Below, piece after piece: positions 42,126 to 51,494 of a DNA stretch of 64,000 bases. The notes below the pieces were generated by a model that saw only the letters and a list, made by a program, of their open reading frames with translations, ran no database searches and was not told the origin of the DNA. The stretch covers positions 18,009-82,008 of the forward strand of contig JANXOM010000279.1 of NCBI GenBank assembly GCA_025353585.1, given 5' to 3'. Each line of letters begins with the position of its first letter. Position 1 is the stretch's first letter. Source of the DNA: Deltaproteobacteria bacterium. GTDB lineage: Bacteria; Myxococcota_A; Polyangia; Haliangiales; Haliangiaceae. The translations under genes and the position numbers were made by a program.

Positions 42126-44996
42126 TCAGTTTAACCCGGGGCCGCCCTGTCCTGGCTCGTCGGAGGACGGCTTTTCGTTCGCGGCTTGCGCCTGCTGCGC
42201 CGCGCGTGTCTCTCCGAGTGGAGACCTCAGCGCCTCGATGAGCGCTTCTGACTCGGTATTCTCGTCATCGAAGCGCAACGGTTGCCATTGCATGGCCGGA
42301 TCCTGGGAAGCGGACGGCGGCTGCGAGGCGCGCGGGCGCGGCCGGTCCGACGGCGACATCCCGGAGATTAAGAAATCGCCAGTGACCTCGTCTTCCGACT
42401 TTCCAAACGCGTTGCGCGGGATCGCGGACGTTGTCGGGAGGGCAGGCTTCAGCGCGTGCTGCGCGCTCCCGTGCGCCATCGGGATCGCGAGCTCGCGGTC
42501 CTCGTCGCTGTTGTCGTCGCTGTTGTCGTCGTCGTCGTCGTCGCCGCCGTCGCTATCGCGGCTGCCTTGCGGAATGCGGCCGAGCGTCTTGCCGCTCGGC
42601 GCGAGCGCGCGCATCTCGGCGCGGATCTCGTCCTTGATGCCGACGAACGGCGGTGACGGCCGGGCCATGTAGTAGCCCTGGCCGTAGCGCAGGCCGAGGT
42701 CGCGGAGCGCGGCGACGTCCTCGACGTGCTCGATGCCCTCCGCGATCATGACGGCGTCGATCGTGTCCGCGATGTGGCGGAGCGAGCGCAGCATCTCGCG
42801 CTTCACTGTCGAGCGCGCGATGCCGCGGACGAGGACGTCGCTGATCTTGATGAAGTGCGGGCGCAAGGACATCACCGTCTCGAGGTTCGAGTGGCGCGTG
42901 CCGACGTCGTCGATCGCGATGCCGAAGCCCATGGCCGTGTACGCGCCGAGCGCGCGCTTGAAGGCGGCGAAGTTCTCGATCGCGAGGCGCTCGGTGATCT
43001 CGAAGACGATGTTCGCGGGCGTGAGGCCGGCGGCGGACAATAGATTTCCAACCTCGACCTCGATGAACGCCTGGTCGTAGAACGACATCGGCAAGAGGTT
43101 CACGAACAGGCGATGCACGGGCTCGAGCTCGCGGGCGCTTCGGAGCGCGCCACGGAAGCACGCGCGGTCGAGCTCGACGGTGAGATCGACCTCGTCGGCG
43201 ATCGCGAACAGCGTGGCGGGCGACTCGAGGGCGGTGCCGCGCGGGCCGCGCGTGAGGGCCTCGTACGCGAAGATGTCCCCGGTACCGAGGTCGACGATCG
43301 GCTGATAGACGGAGGTCAGGCCATCGTCGAGGATGATGTTCTGCAGGGTCGCGCGGTCGCGGTGCGCCGTGCGCTCGCGCGCGATGCGAGCAGCGTCGGT
43401 GGCCTCGGCGACGAGGCGCGCGGTGAGGCGCTCGGGGCGGATGAGCGAGTTGCCGAGGACGCGCGCGGAGCCGACGGTGATGCGCGGCTGCTCGCGCAGG
43501 ACGGTCGAGACCATCGGCGAGAGCGCCTCCTCGACGGCGCGCTCCACGGCCTGCCCGAGACCGTCGAGCTCGACGCGCTGGCCGGGCGGGCGCGCGGCGA
43601 GGATCACGAGGTAGCCGTCCCCGTCGCCGGTGCGGCAGATGAGATCGGCGGGATCGAGGGCGGCGCCCCGCAGGCGATCGAGGACGGCGGCGGCGTGGTC
43701 GTAGATCTCGCTGTGGTGGGCGACGCCGAGGTCCAGCTCGACGCGGTGCAGGCGCGACAGGTCGACGAGGAGACACGACAGCGCGCGGTCGCGGCTGAGG
43801 ATCGAGGTGACCTCGGACATCCGCTCCTGGTACGGGCGGAAGCGATCGACCTCGGGCTGGCGCGTCCGCGCGCTGAACGCGCGCGACTGGGGATCGCCGG
43901 AGACGTCGCCGCTCGAGAAGAAGTGGACGCGGCCCGGACCACCGCGCTTGGCCCCGCGCACCGCGGCCTCGGCGGCGGTGAGCAGGCCCTCGGGGTCGGC
44001 GGCGTCCTCGGGGAGGCACGCGACGCCGAACGACATCGAGAGCCGGCGGCCCCCGGGCATCTCGGCGGCGGCGATCGCATCGCGCAGGCGGGCGGCCTTG
44101 GTCAGCGCGCCGGCCTTCGACGTCTCGGGGAGCAGGAGCACGAACTCCTCGCCGGAGTAGCGCGCGACGATGTCGGAGCTGCGCACGCGATCAGCGGACT
44201 CCGCTTCCTGGAGGAGCGTGGCGACGCGGCGGAGGATCTCGTCGCCGGCCTGGTAGCCGAGGTCGTAGTTGACGGTGGCGAAGCCATCGATGTCGGCGAT
44301 GAGGAGCGACATCGGCTGGCCGTAGCGGAGCGCGCGGGCGACCTCCTCGCGGAGGCGCTCCTGAAACGCGCGGTGCGTGTAGAGGCCGGTCAGCGGATCG
44401 CGCAGGGTGAGCGCGTCGATCTGGTGGCCCATCTGCGCGAGCTGGAGGGTGGCGGCGTCGATCTCGCCGCGGCGTTCGTCGAGCTCGGCGACGAGGACGC
44501 GCTCGTGATCACGGAGCGACTGGTTCGCGATGCGGAGCTCGGCGAGGAGGCGATGGTTGTCGCGCTCGAGGCGGTGGGTGTGGATCAGCTGGTCGACGAC
44601 CTGGAGGAGATCCTGGAGCTTCCACGGCTTCGTGATGACGTAGTGCAGGTGGCCGGCGTTGATCGCGGCGATCAGATCCTCGGACTCGGGGAACCCGGTG
44701 ACGACGGCGCGGCGGCAGTGCGGGCGCATGACGGCGATGCGCGCCAGGAGCTCGGGGCCGGCGAGGCCGGGCATGCGGAGATCGGCGAGGACGGCCGCGA
44801 CCTCGGGGTTCGCCTCCACGAGCTCGAGGGCCTCGAGGCCCGACGTCGCGAGCAGCACGGTGCAGCGCGCACGCAACACGCGACCGAGCGCGTGCAGGTT
44901 CGTCTTGTCATCGTCTACGCAGACGATGATCGGTTTTCCGTCCTCCACACCAACGCCACCACCACCGCCAGGCTGGGGTCCGTCGAAGACTGCCAA
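42126..44996 (-). CDS. response-regulator receiver + GGDEF (SGEEF) + degenerate GGDEF-like + EAL protein with acidic C-terminal tail
   Basis: REC domain (IIVCVDDD...DLRMPGLAG...KPW). I-site RSSD five residues before SGEEF. EAL motifs YEALTR, FEITE, DDVGT, EGIE, YGQGYY. Tail DSDGGDDDDDDNSDDNSDED. Confidence 0.9.
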   Translation of the reverse strand: MAVFDGPQPGGGGGVGVEDGKPIIVCVDDDKTNLHALGRVLRARCTVLLATSGLEALELVEANPEVAAVLADLRMPGLAGPELLARIAVMRPHCRRAVVTGFPESEDLIAAINAGHLHYVITKPWKLQDLLQVVDQLIHTHRLERDNHRLLAELRIANQSLRDHERVLVAELDERRGEIDAATLQLAQMGHQIDALTLRDPLTGLYTHRAFQERLREEVARALRYGQPMSLLIADIDGFATVNYDLGYQAGDEILRRVATLLQEAESADRVRSSDIVARYSGEEFVLLLPETSKAGALTKAARLRDAIAAAEMPGGRRLSMSFGVACLPEDAADPEGLLTAAEAAVRGAKRGGPGRVHFFSSGDVSGDPQSRAFSARTRQPEVDRFRPYQERMSEVTSILSRDRALSCLLVDLSRLHRVELDLGVAHHSEIYDHAAAVLDRLRGAALDPADLICRTGDGDGYLVILAARPPGQRVELDGLGQAVERAVEEALSPMVSTVLREQPRITVGSARVLGNSLIRPERLTARLVAEATDAARIARERTAHRDRATLQNIILDDGLTSVYQPIVDLGTGDIFAYEALTRGPRGTALESPATLFAIADEVDLTVELDRACFRGALRSARELEPVHRLFVNLLPMSFYDQAFIEVEVGNLLSAAGLTPANIVFEITERLAIENFAAFKRALGAYTAMGFGIAIDDVGTRHSNLETVMSLRPHFIKISDVLVRGIARSTVKREMLRSLRHIADTIDAVMIAEGIEHVEDVAALRDLGLRYGQGYYMARPSPPFVGIKDEIRAEMRALAPSGKTLGRIPQGSRDSDGGDDDDDDNSDDNSDEDRELAIPMAHGSAQHALKPALPTTSAIPRNAFGKSEDEVTGDFLISGMSPSDRPRPRASQPPSASQDPAMQWQPLRFDDENTESEALIEALRSPLGETRAAQQAQAANEKPSSDEPGQGGPGLN

Positions 44997-45069
44997 TGTG
45001 CGCCAAGTATATGCGCGTTAGCGCACGGTCCGAAACGGAGTTGGTGTGCGGCCATGTGCGCCCACCAGT

Positions 45070-45298
45070 GGGGACGGTGTAACACCTGTCAACCAGCCGC
45101 CCAAAATCTTGTCAACGATCTCGATGACTTGCCCGGGGACGGTGTAACACCTGTCCACTCGCTCGATGTCCGAACTTCGGACAGGAATTCGGGCTCGGTC
45201 TGGCGGGCAGGTGACAGGTGTTACACCGTCCCCGGTCAAGTAGCTGGAATAACGAGAGTCTCCGCGGAGCGCGGGTTGACAAGTACAACACCGTCCCC
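45070..45298. repeat. four copies (two forward, two reverse, nested) of the GGGGACGGTGTnnnACnTGTC motif in an intergenic region
   Basis: Copy A at 45070-45093 and copy B at 45135-45155 are forward. Copy C at 45213-45233 and copy D at 45275-45298 are reverse. B and C are perfect 21-nt reverse complements. A and D pair imperfectly. The core GGTGT-A-ACACC is itself palindromic. Confidence 0.9.
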
Positions 45299-45304
45299 GC
45301 GGGG

Positions 45305-45910
45305 TCAGAACTCGCAGACGAACGGGTAGAGGCCGGGCGTGGTCGTCGTCGGATCGGGGGCGCAGGGCCGGTCGTCCCACTCGCCGGCGCGCGTCGCGTC
45401 GACGCGCATGATGAGGCAGTCTTCTTCGTGGGTGCCGGCGCCGTTGTTCGGCTCGCCCGCGTTGAAGTTCGTGAAGGTCAGCGGGGTGCCGTCGGTCCAG
45501 CGGAACGTCCCCTCGGTGACGACGTCAGTCGCGCCGAGGAACGCGGGGTCCGTCGTGCCGATGATCCCGAGCACCACCGTGTTCTGCGTCACGTCGGTGA
45601 TGATCGCCAGGTGCGAGCCGTCCGCGACGCACGCCGCCTCGGCGTTCGTCCAGGCGAGCGCGCCCGGATGATAGACGAAGCAGTGGCCCGCGCCATCGAG
45701 CGCGCCGCCGGTGCACGCGCGCGCGTCCGGCGCGACCGGCGCTGCGTCGATGGCGACCGCCGCATCGACGGGCTTCGTGCCGCTGCCCGCGTCGACGCCG
45801 CCCGTGGCCGCCGGCTCCCCGCCGAGCTTCGCGCCGCATCCACCCGTCGCCGCCGTGACGACGAGAGCCCCGACAGCCACGGCAGCCACGACAGCGGAGC
45901 GGCAGCGCAC
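45305..45910 (-). CDS. lipoprotein with C-type lectin-like domain
   Basis: Lipobox ATGGC. CTLD features: GHCFVYHPGALAWTNAEAACVADGSHLAII, EPN motif, EDCLIM, WDDRPC, FVCEF. Confidence 0.85.
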   Translation of the reverse strand: MRCRSAVVAAVAVGALVVTAATGGCGAKLGGEPAATGGVDAGSGTKPVDAAVAIDAAPVAPDARACTGGALDGAGHCFVYHPGALAWTNAEAACVADGSHLAIITDVTQNTVVLGIIGTTDPAFLGATDVVTEGTFRWTDGTPLTFTNFNAGEPNNGAGTHEEDCLIMRVDATRAGEWDDRPCAPDPTTTTPGLYPFVCEF

Positions 45911-46037
45911 GTGCAGATGATACGTGCGACGCGCCCCTACAGTTCCGTGCCGTCTTCAAAATCGCGCGCCCGCCGCCGCCAACGCGTCGCGTCGCCAGTG
46001 ATCCCGTGGACATGGCAATGCTACGGTGCGCGGCCAG

Positions 46038-47510
46038 ATGTCCAAAGGTCCTCTCGTGTTCGTCATGGCGGCGGGGCTCGGGACGCGGATGAAGAGCGAC
46101 ACCGCGAAGGTCCTGCACAAGGTCGCCGGCCGCACGCTGATCGGCTGGGTCGTCACCGCCGCCCGCGCCGCGGGAGCCGAGCGCGTGGTCGCGATCCTCG
46201 GTCACCAGTCGGACGCCGTCCGGACGTCCCTCGACGCCCAGTTCGGCGCCGGCTCCGTCGACCGCGGGGGCCTGCCCCCCGCCGGCAGCGGCGCCGAAGG
46301 GCGACGCGGATGGATCGATATTGCCATCCAGTCCGAGCAGCGGGGCACCGGCCACGCGGTGCAATGCGCCCTCCCCGCCGTCGCAAAGGAAGCCGACGAC
46401 CGCATCGTCGTCATCCTCACCGGCGACGCGCCGCTCTTGCCGACGGAGAAGATCGCCGAGCTCGTCGCCGCCTGCGCGGCCTCGCCCGCCGGCATGGCGC
46501 TCCTCTCCACCGTGCCCGATCGCCCGATGCCGTACGGCCGCCTTGTCCGCGATCCGGACGGCCGGCTCGCAAAGATCGTCGAGCACGCCGACGCCACGCC
46601 GGCGCAGCGGCTCCTCCCCGACACGAACGCGGGCTTCTACGCGATCCGCCTCGGCCACCTCCGCAAGGACCTCGCCACGCTCCGCGCCGACAACGCCAAG
46701 GGCGAGCTCTACCTGACCGATCTCGTCGCCCACGCGCACACCCGCGGCGGCGCCACCGCGATCGACGCCGCCTTTCGCGACGTGACCGGTGTCAACGATC
46801 GCGTCGATCTCGCGGAGGTCGAGACCGCCGCCCGCCGCCGCATCAACGAGCACTGGATGCGCGCCGGCGTGACGATGATCGACCCCGCGAGCACGTACAT
46901 CGATGCCGACGTCGGCCCGCTGGGCAAGGACGTCTGGCTCGCCGCCGGCGTCACGCTGCGCGGCAAGACGAAGATCGCCGACGCCACCCGCATCGACACC
47001 GGCTGCGTCATCACCGACGTGCAGATCGCCGAGACCGCGTACATCAAGCCGTACTCGATCCTCACCGAGTCCACGATCGGCGCCCGCGCGCAGATCGGCC
47101 CGTTCTCGCACTGCCGCCCCGCCTCGCGCATCGACGAGGATGTCCACCTCGGCAACTTCGTCGAGACGAAGAAGACGCACATGATGGCGGGCGCGAAGGC
47201 GAACCACCTCGCGTACCTCGGCGACGCGTCCGTCGGCCACAAGGCGAACATCGGCGCCGGCACCATCACCTGCAACTACGACGGCGTCGGCAAGTACCAG
47301 ACGACGATCGAGGCGGGCGCGTTCATCGGCAGCGACAGCCAGCTCGTCGCGCCAGTCACCATCGGCCGCGACGCGTACGTCGGGGCCGGCTCCACCATCA
47401 CGAAGGACGTGCCGCGCGGCTCGCTCGCGCTGACGCGCAACAAGCAGGTGAACGTCGAGGGCTGGGCGGACCGCTTCCGCGAGGCGCAAGCGAAGCGCAA
47501 GAAGGAGTAG
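46038..47510 (+). CDS. glmU: bifunctional UDP-N-acetylglucosamine pyrophosphorylase / glucosamine-1-phosphate N-acetyltransferase
   Basis: MAAGLGTRMKSDTAKVLH, QSEQRGTGHAV, C-terminal left-handed beta-helix hexapeptide repeats. GTG at 46026 is an alternative start. About 18 extra residues sit before QSEQRGTGH compared with my recollection of E. coli GlmU. Confidence 0.9.
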   Translation: MSKGPLVFVMAAGLGTRMKSDTAKVLHKVAGRTLIGWVVTAARAAGAERVVAILGHQSDAVRTSLDAQFGAGSVDRGGLPPAGSGAEGRRGWIDIAIQSEQRGTGHAVQCALPAVAKEADDRIVVILTGDAPLLPTEKIAELVAACAASPAGMALLSTVPDRPMPYGRLVRDPDGRLAKIVEHADATPAQRLLPDTNAGFYAIRLGHLRKDLATLRADNAKGELYLTDLVAHAHTRGGATAIDAAFRDVTGVNDRVDLAEVETAARRRINEHWMRAGVTMIDPASTYIDADVGPLGKDVWLAAGVTLRGKTKIADATRIDTGCVITDVQIAETAYIKPYSILTESTIGARAQIGPFSHCRPASRIDEDVHLGNFVETKKTHMMAGAKANHLAYLGDASVGHKANIGAGTITCNYDGVGKYQTTIEAGAFIGSDSQLVAPVTIGRDAYVGAGSTITKDVPRGSLALTRNKQVNVEGWADRFREAQAKRKKE

Positions 47511-47517
47511 CGCGCCG

Positions 47518-48867
47518 GTGTACGGCTCGCTCGACAAGCTCGACCTGCTCGCGACGGCGCCGAGCGGCGCGGTGTTCGGCGTGCAGACCGATCACCGGAC
47601 CGCCGCCGAGCTCGAGGACGACCGCCCGCTCGGCACGCTGTTCGCGCTTGCCCGCGTGCTCAACGCGCGCGAGCACCTGCGCGCCCGCGGCGAGCCGGCC
47701 ATCCGCGTCTGTTACGCGCGCAGCGACGCCAGCCCGCCGCCCCCGTGGCTCGTCGACGCGCTCGCGGCCGCCGGCGCGCATGTCATGCCGCCCGGCGCCG
47801 ATCCGGCCGACGCGGCCGCCCTCGATGCCGCCGCGCGCGGGTTCGACGCCGTCGCCGTCGGCGAGCTGATCGACGAGGCGTTCGGGCAGCTCGCCGCCCA
47901 CGCCGCCGCGCAGATCGGCAGCCGCGATCCGGCGATGGCCCTGCGGATGCTCGAGGACCAGACGCTCGCGGCCCCGGTCCTGCGCGCCGCGGACGAGCCC
48001 GCCTACTGGGAGCGCGTGCTCTGGCTCGCCGCGCTGACCGGCGAGCTCCTGCGCGGCAAGCTCGGCGGGCGCTGGGTCGAGACCGTCCTGGCCGTCGTGC
48101 CGTTCGCGTTCCAGCTCGGCGCGCCGACGAGCGGCGTGGCGGAGATGTTCCCCACCAACCGCGCCCAGCGCTTCGTCGACGAGGGCGGCGAGTCGCTGTT
48201 CAAGCTCGTCGCGGCCGCCGAGGAGACGGTGCTCCACCCGCCCGACATGGCGACGGGCCGCTTGATGCCGAGCCTGCGCACGCGCGCGAGCATCGAGCTC
48301 CCCGATGTCGTGTGGCGCGAGCTGACGGCCCCCGCGCCGGCCGACGCGCCGATCGTCGTGTGCGGCGTGGACGGCGAGGTGACGTTCGGCATGATGCGGC
48401 GGGAGACGCTCGGCGCGCGCACGGCCGAGGAGGTGTTCGCGCGCGCGCTGGAGAACCTGGCGCAGGAGGTCGTCGAGGAGAGCGACCTGCCGGGCGTGGA
48501 GCAGCAGATCGTGATGATCAGCGGCAGCTTCTACGCGGCCGAGAAGATCCTCGACCGCGCCTATCTGAAGCAGCTGCAAGCGGAGCTGCGCTGCGCTGCG
48601 CTCGCCGTGGCCATGCCCGGGCGCGGGGAGCTGCTCGTCAGCCCGGACACCGATGACGGCCGGCTGCTCGCGCAGTTCGCGGCGATCGTCCGCGCCCGGC
48701 ACGCGGAGATGGGTCACCAGCAGATCTCGGCCTGCATCCTGCTCGTCGAGGACGGCGACATCGTCCTCTGCGTCGCCGGCGAGCCCGCGCCCGCGCCCGC
48801 GCCCCCGCCCGCGCCTGAACCCCCGGGAAGACCGGGCCTCTGGCGCCGGTTATTCGGGCGCACGTGA
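47518..48867 (+). CDS. hypothetical cytoplasmic protein
   Basis: 449 aa, consistent GC3 bias, no recognised domain. 7 nt after glmU. Confidence 0.7.
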   Translation: MYGSLDKLDLLATAPSGAVFGVQTDHRTAAELEDDRPLGTLFALARVLNAREHLRARGEPAIRVCYARSDASPPPPWLVDALAAAGAHVMPPGADPADAAALDAAARGFDAVAVGELIDEAFGQLAAHAAAQIGSRDPAMALRMLEDQTLAAPVLRAADEPAYWERVLWLAALTGELLRGKLGGRWVETVLAVVPFAFQLGAPTSGVAEMFPTNRAQRFVDEGGESLFKLVAAAEETVLHPPDMATGRLMPSLRTRASIELPDVVWRELTAPAPADAPIVVCGVDGEVTFGMMRRETLGARTAEEVFARALENLAQEVVEESDLPGVEQQIVMISGSFYAAEKILDRAYLKQLQAELRCAALAVAMPGRGELLVSPDTDDGRLLAQFAAIVRARHAEMGHQQISACILLVEDGDIVLCVAGEPAPAPAPPPAPEPPGRPGLWRRLFGRT

Positions 48868-50084
48868 GCCCGCGCGCGGTCCCGCTCAGCCTGCTCCTCG
48901 CCGCCGCCGCGTGCCGCGGCAACGACGGGGGCGGCGTGCCCGTGCAACCGGCCCCCACGACCGCCCCGCCGCCACGCGATGGCGGCCCGCCGCCCTCCGA
49001 CGCCGCCCCGCCCTGGACCGACGCCCTCTCCGCATTCCCGCACGTCGAGCCCCTCCGCGTCATCGCGCTCCCGACCCGCGCGACCGAGCCTCGCTTCGAT
49101 GTCGGCGGCCCCGCGATCCTCGGCACCATCGCCGTCGTCTCCTCGTCGCAGTTCGGCTTCATCGGCGTCGACTGGCGCGCCGGCACCATCGCCTGGACCA
49201 AGCCCGCCGGCAGCCGCGTGGCGCCGCCGCTCGCTCGCCCCGGCAGCGCCATCCTGATCGGCGACTGCCTCACCCCGCCCGCCGTCGCCGAGTCGGACCA
49301 GCTCCTCGGCTGCCTCCGCGCCGTCAGCCCGACCGGCGCCGACCAGGTCTACGTGGCGATCCACGGCCCCGCCGTGAAGGTCGCCGTGTTCCTCGCCGCG
49401 GCCGGCCCGCAGCGCGTCTGGTCCACGTCCGATCGCACCGTCACCTGGCGCCGCGGCGCCGCCGCCATCAGCGTCGACACGTTGACCGGCGTCGCGCAGC
49501 CCGTCGATGCCGCCGCCGCCGCCGACCCGCCGATCCCCGTCCACTATCGCGACAAGACCTGGGACATCACGCGCGCCGCCGACGGCACCCTCCACGCCCG
49601 CCGCGCCGGCCACGATGCCTGGCACACCGAGCGACCGTACGACGCCCTCCTCGGCGGCGTGTACCTCCCCGAGCAGGCGCCGATGGTCCGCGCCGCGAAC
49701 CTCGGCCACTACAGCGGCGCGCCCGAGCTCACCCTCTTCGACATCGACGCCACCGGCTCGATGCACGGCCAGGTCGCGTTCCCCGTCCCCGCCCTCGGCG
49801 TCCTCGGCTCCGCCGTCTCGTCCGTCGGCGACGCCGCGCTCGCGATCCGCCTCGACCGCTCGCTCCGCCACGACTACATCGTCGGCTACGCCGCGAGCGC
49901 GCTCCTCATGTACGTCTACCCGCTCCCCGACGTCCCGCGCGCGGACCCCGTCGGCGTCGCCGTCACGCCCGAGGCCGTCGTCGTGTTCCACGACGGCGAT
50001 ACGGTCACAGTCCTGCCCGAGCTGTCGGCGCCTCCTACGGCCGCGGGCGCCGCGCGGGCGCCGTCTGAAAACGCGACACCGTAA
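48864..50084 (+). CDS. hypothetical lipoprotein
   Basis: GTGA overlap with the previous gene. LLLAAAAC lipobox. Pro-rich linker, then beta-rich sequence. Confidence 0.7.
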   Translation: MSPRAVPLSLLLAAAACRGNDGGGVPVQPAPTTAPPPRDGGPPPSDAAPPWTDALSAFPHVEPLRVIALPTRATEPRFDVGGPAILGTIAVVSSSQFGFIGVDWRAGTIAWTKPAGSRVAPPLARPGSAILIGDCLTPPAVAESDQLLGCLRAVSPTGADQVYVAIHGPAVKVAVFLAAAGPQRVWSTSDRTVTWRRGAAAISVDTLTGVAQPVDAAAAADPPIPVHYRDKTWDITRAADGTLHARRAGHDAWHTERPYDALLGGVYLPEQAPMVRAANLGHYSGAPELTLFDIDATGSMHGQVAFPVPALGVLGSAVSSVGDAALAIRLDRSLRHDYIVGYAASALLMYVYPLPDVPRADPVGVAVTPEAVVVFHDGDTVTVLPELSAPPTAAGAARAPSENATP

Positions 50085-50137
50085 GTCCGCGAGATCCCCG
50101 CCCGGAGCTCGGCACGCCGGCTGCTCTAGAGGTCTGC

Positions 50138-51064
50138 ATGAACATCTTCAGCAGCCTCGTTAGCACCGGTGTCCTGGCCGCCACGCTCGCCACGGGATGC
50201 GTCCAGGCGGACGCCCCGAACAACATCTCGCAGTCCATCCCCACGTCGGCGCAGGTGAAGATCAAGCTGCCCGACAGCGGCGCCCGTCGCCTCGGCGAGC
50301 TCGCGCCGTACTACGTGATGACGCGCGGCGTGACGGAGACGTTCAACGGCGCCAGCGGCTGGGTGCTCGTCCTCATCCACTCCATCGTCCTCCAGCCGGC
50401 GACCTCGGTCAGCGGCAACGTCTACACCTGGGGCCCCGGCAGCCAGGCGCTCGACCCGGCCGACTACCGGCTCGACGTGACGGCGAACGCCGACGGCACG
50501 TACGACTACGTCCTCTCCGGCCAGTCGAAGATCAACCCGACCGGCTTCAAGTCCATCATCGACGGCCACGCCGATCCGACGGCGGGCGACGCGAACGGCA
50601 CGGGCGAGTTCCGCATCGACTTCGACGCCTCGCGCGTCGTGAACCCCGTGGACAACGGCGACGCCAAGGGCCAGGTCGACGTCACGTACGACCTCGCGAC
50701 GAAGCACCTGCAGCTCGCGATCGCGACGACGAACGACGCCGGCGCGCCCGTCGACGCGACGTACGAGTACGACGAGGACGCGACCGGCGGCGGCAACATG
50801 ACGTTCGACGTCGAGGGCGACGCGGGCGGCACGGCGGCGCAGGAGGAGATCACGCTCCGCTCGCGCTGGATCGCGACGGGCGCGGGCCGCGCTGACGCGC
50901 GCATCGCCGGCGGAGACCTCGGCCCCGACCAGGCGATCGCGAGCGAGTGCTGGAGCAGCTCGTTCGGTCGTACCTACTACACGGACAACCAGAACTTCGC
51001 GCCGACCGAGGGCGATGTCGCCAGCTGTGCGTTCGCCGACCAGGACCTGCCGCCCGCCGAGTGA
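50138..51064 (+). CDS. hypothetical lipoprotein
   Basis: MNIFSSLVSTGVLAATLATGC lipobox. 308 aa, Asp/Gly/Thr-rich. Confidence 0.75.
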   Translation: MNIFSSLVSTGVLAATLATGCVQADAPNNISQSIPTSAQVKIKLPDSGARRLGELAPYYVMTRGVTETFNGASGWVLVLIHSIVLQPATSVSGNVYTWGPGSQALDPADYRLDVTANADGTYDYVLSGQSKINPTGFKSIIDGHADPTAGDANGTGEFRIDFDASRVVNPVDNGDAKGQVDVTYDLATKHLQLAIATTNDAGAPVDATYEYDEDATGGGNMTFDVEGDAGGTAAQEEITLRSRWIATGAGRADARIAGGDLGPDQAIASECWSSSFGRTYYTDNQNFAPTEGDVASCAFADQDLPPAE

Positions 51065-51143
51065 GGCCCAGTTAGGCTGGCTAACCGACAGAACTTACCG
51101 TCACGGTTGACTGGCGCCGAAGCCCCGCGATATCACCCGGGGC

Positions 51144-51494
51144 ATGTCAGCACCGATGCCGAAGGACGCGCAGGACCTGTTCGACAACCTCGTCCCCGAG
51201 GGGCTCAAGAAGTACCCGGAGAAGGCGCGCGAGGTGAACGCGATCTACTGCTTCAAGGTCTCCGGCGACGGCGGCGGCGAGTGGACCGTCGACTGCACCG
51301 CGAACCCGCCCACCATCGCCAAGGGCGACCAGGGCAAGGCGCAGTGCACGATCGAAGTCTCGAACGAGGACTTCAAGACGATGCTCGCCGATCCGAACGC
51401 GGGCATGCAGCTGTTCTTCCAGGGCAAGCTGCGCATCGCCGGCGACCCGACGCTCGCGATGAAGCTGCAGAGCCTGATCGACCTCGCCAAGTAG
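51144..51494 (+). CDS. SCP2 sterol/lipid-carrier domain protein
   Basis: 116 aa. [14 protein letters not shown]...[33 protein letters not shown] is a typical SCP2 fold signature. Confidence 0.85.
   Translation: MSAPMPKDAQDLFDNLVPEGLKKYPEKAREVNAIYCFKVSGDGGGEWTVDCTANPPTIAKGDQGKAQCTIEVSNEDFKTMLADPNAGMQLFFQGKLRIAGDPTLAMKLQSLIDLAK

Noticed and set aside
45065-45093. The TTGACA within repeat copy A (read on the minus strand) as the -35 of the REC-GGDEF-EAL/pilT promoter
   Set aside because: Exactly 17 nt downstream the hexamer is CACTGG, which is not -10-like. I see no better -10 at 16-18 nt spacing, so the TTGACA is probably just part of the repeat.
45070-45298. The repeats as a complete MITE, a Tn3-derived element or a retron msr/msd locus
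   Set aside because: No target-site duplications flank either the inner or the outer inverted pair (flanks tgccc/ggtca and ccagt/gcggg). No transposase, RAYT or reverse transcriptase gene is in the window. I therefore report the region only as a repeat family of unknown origin.
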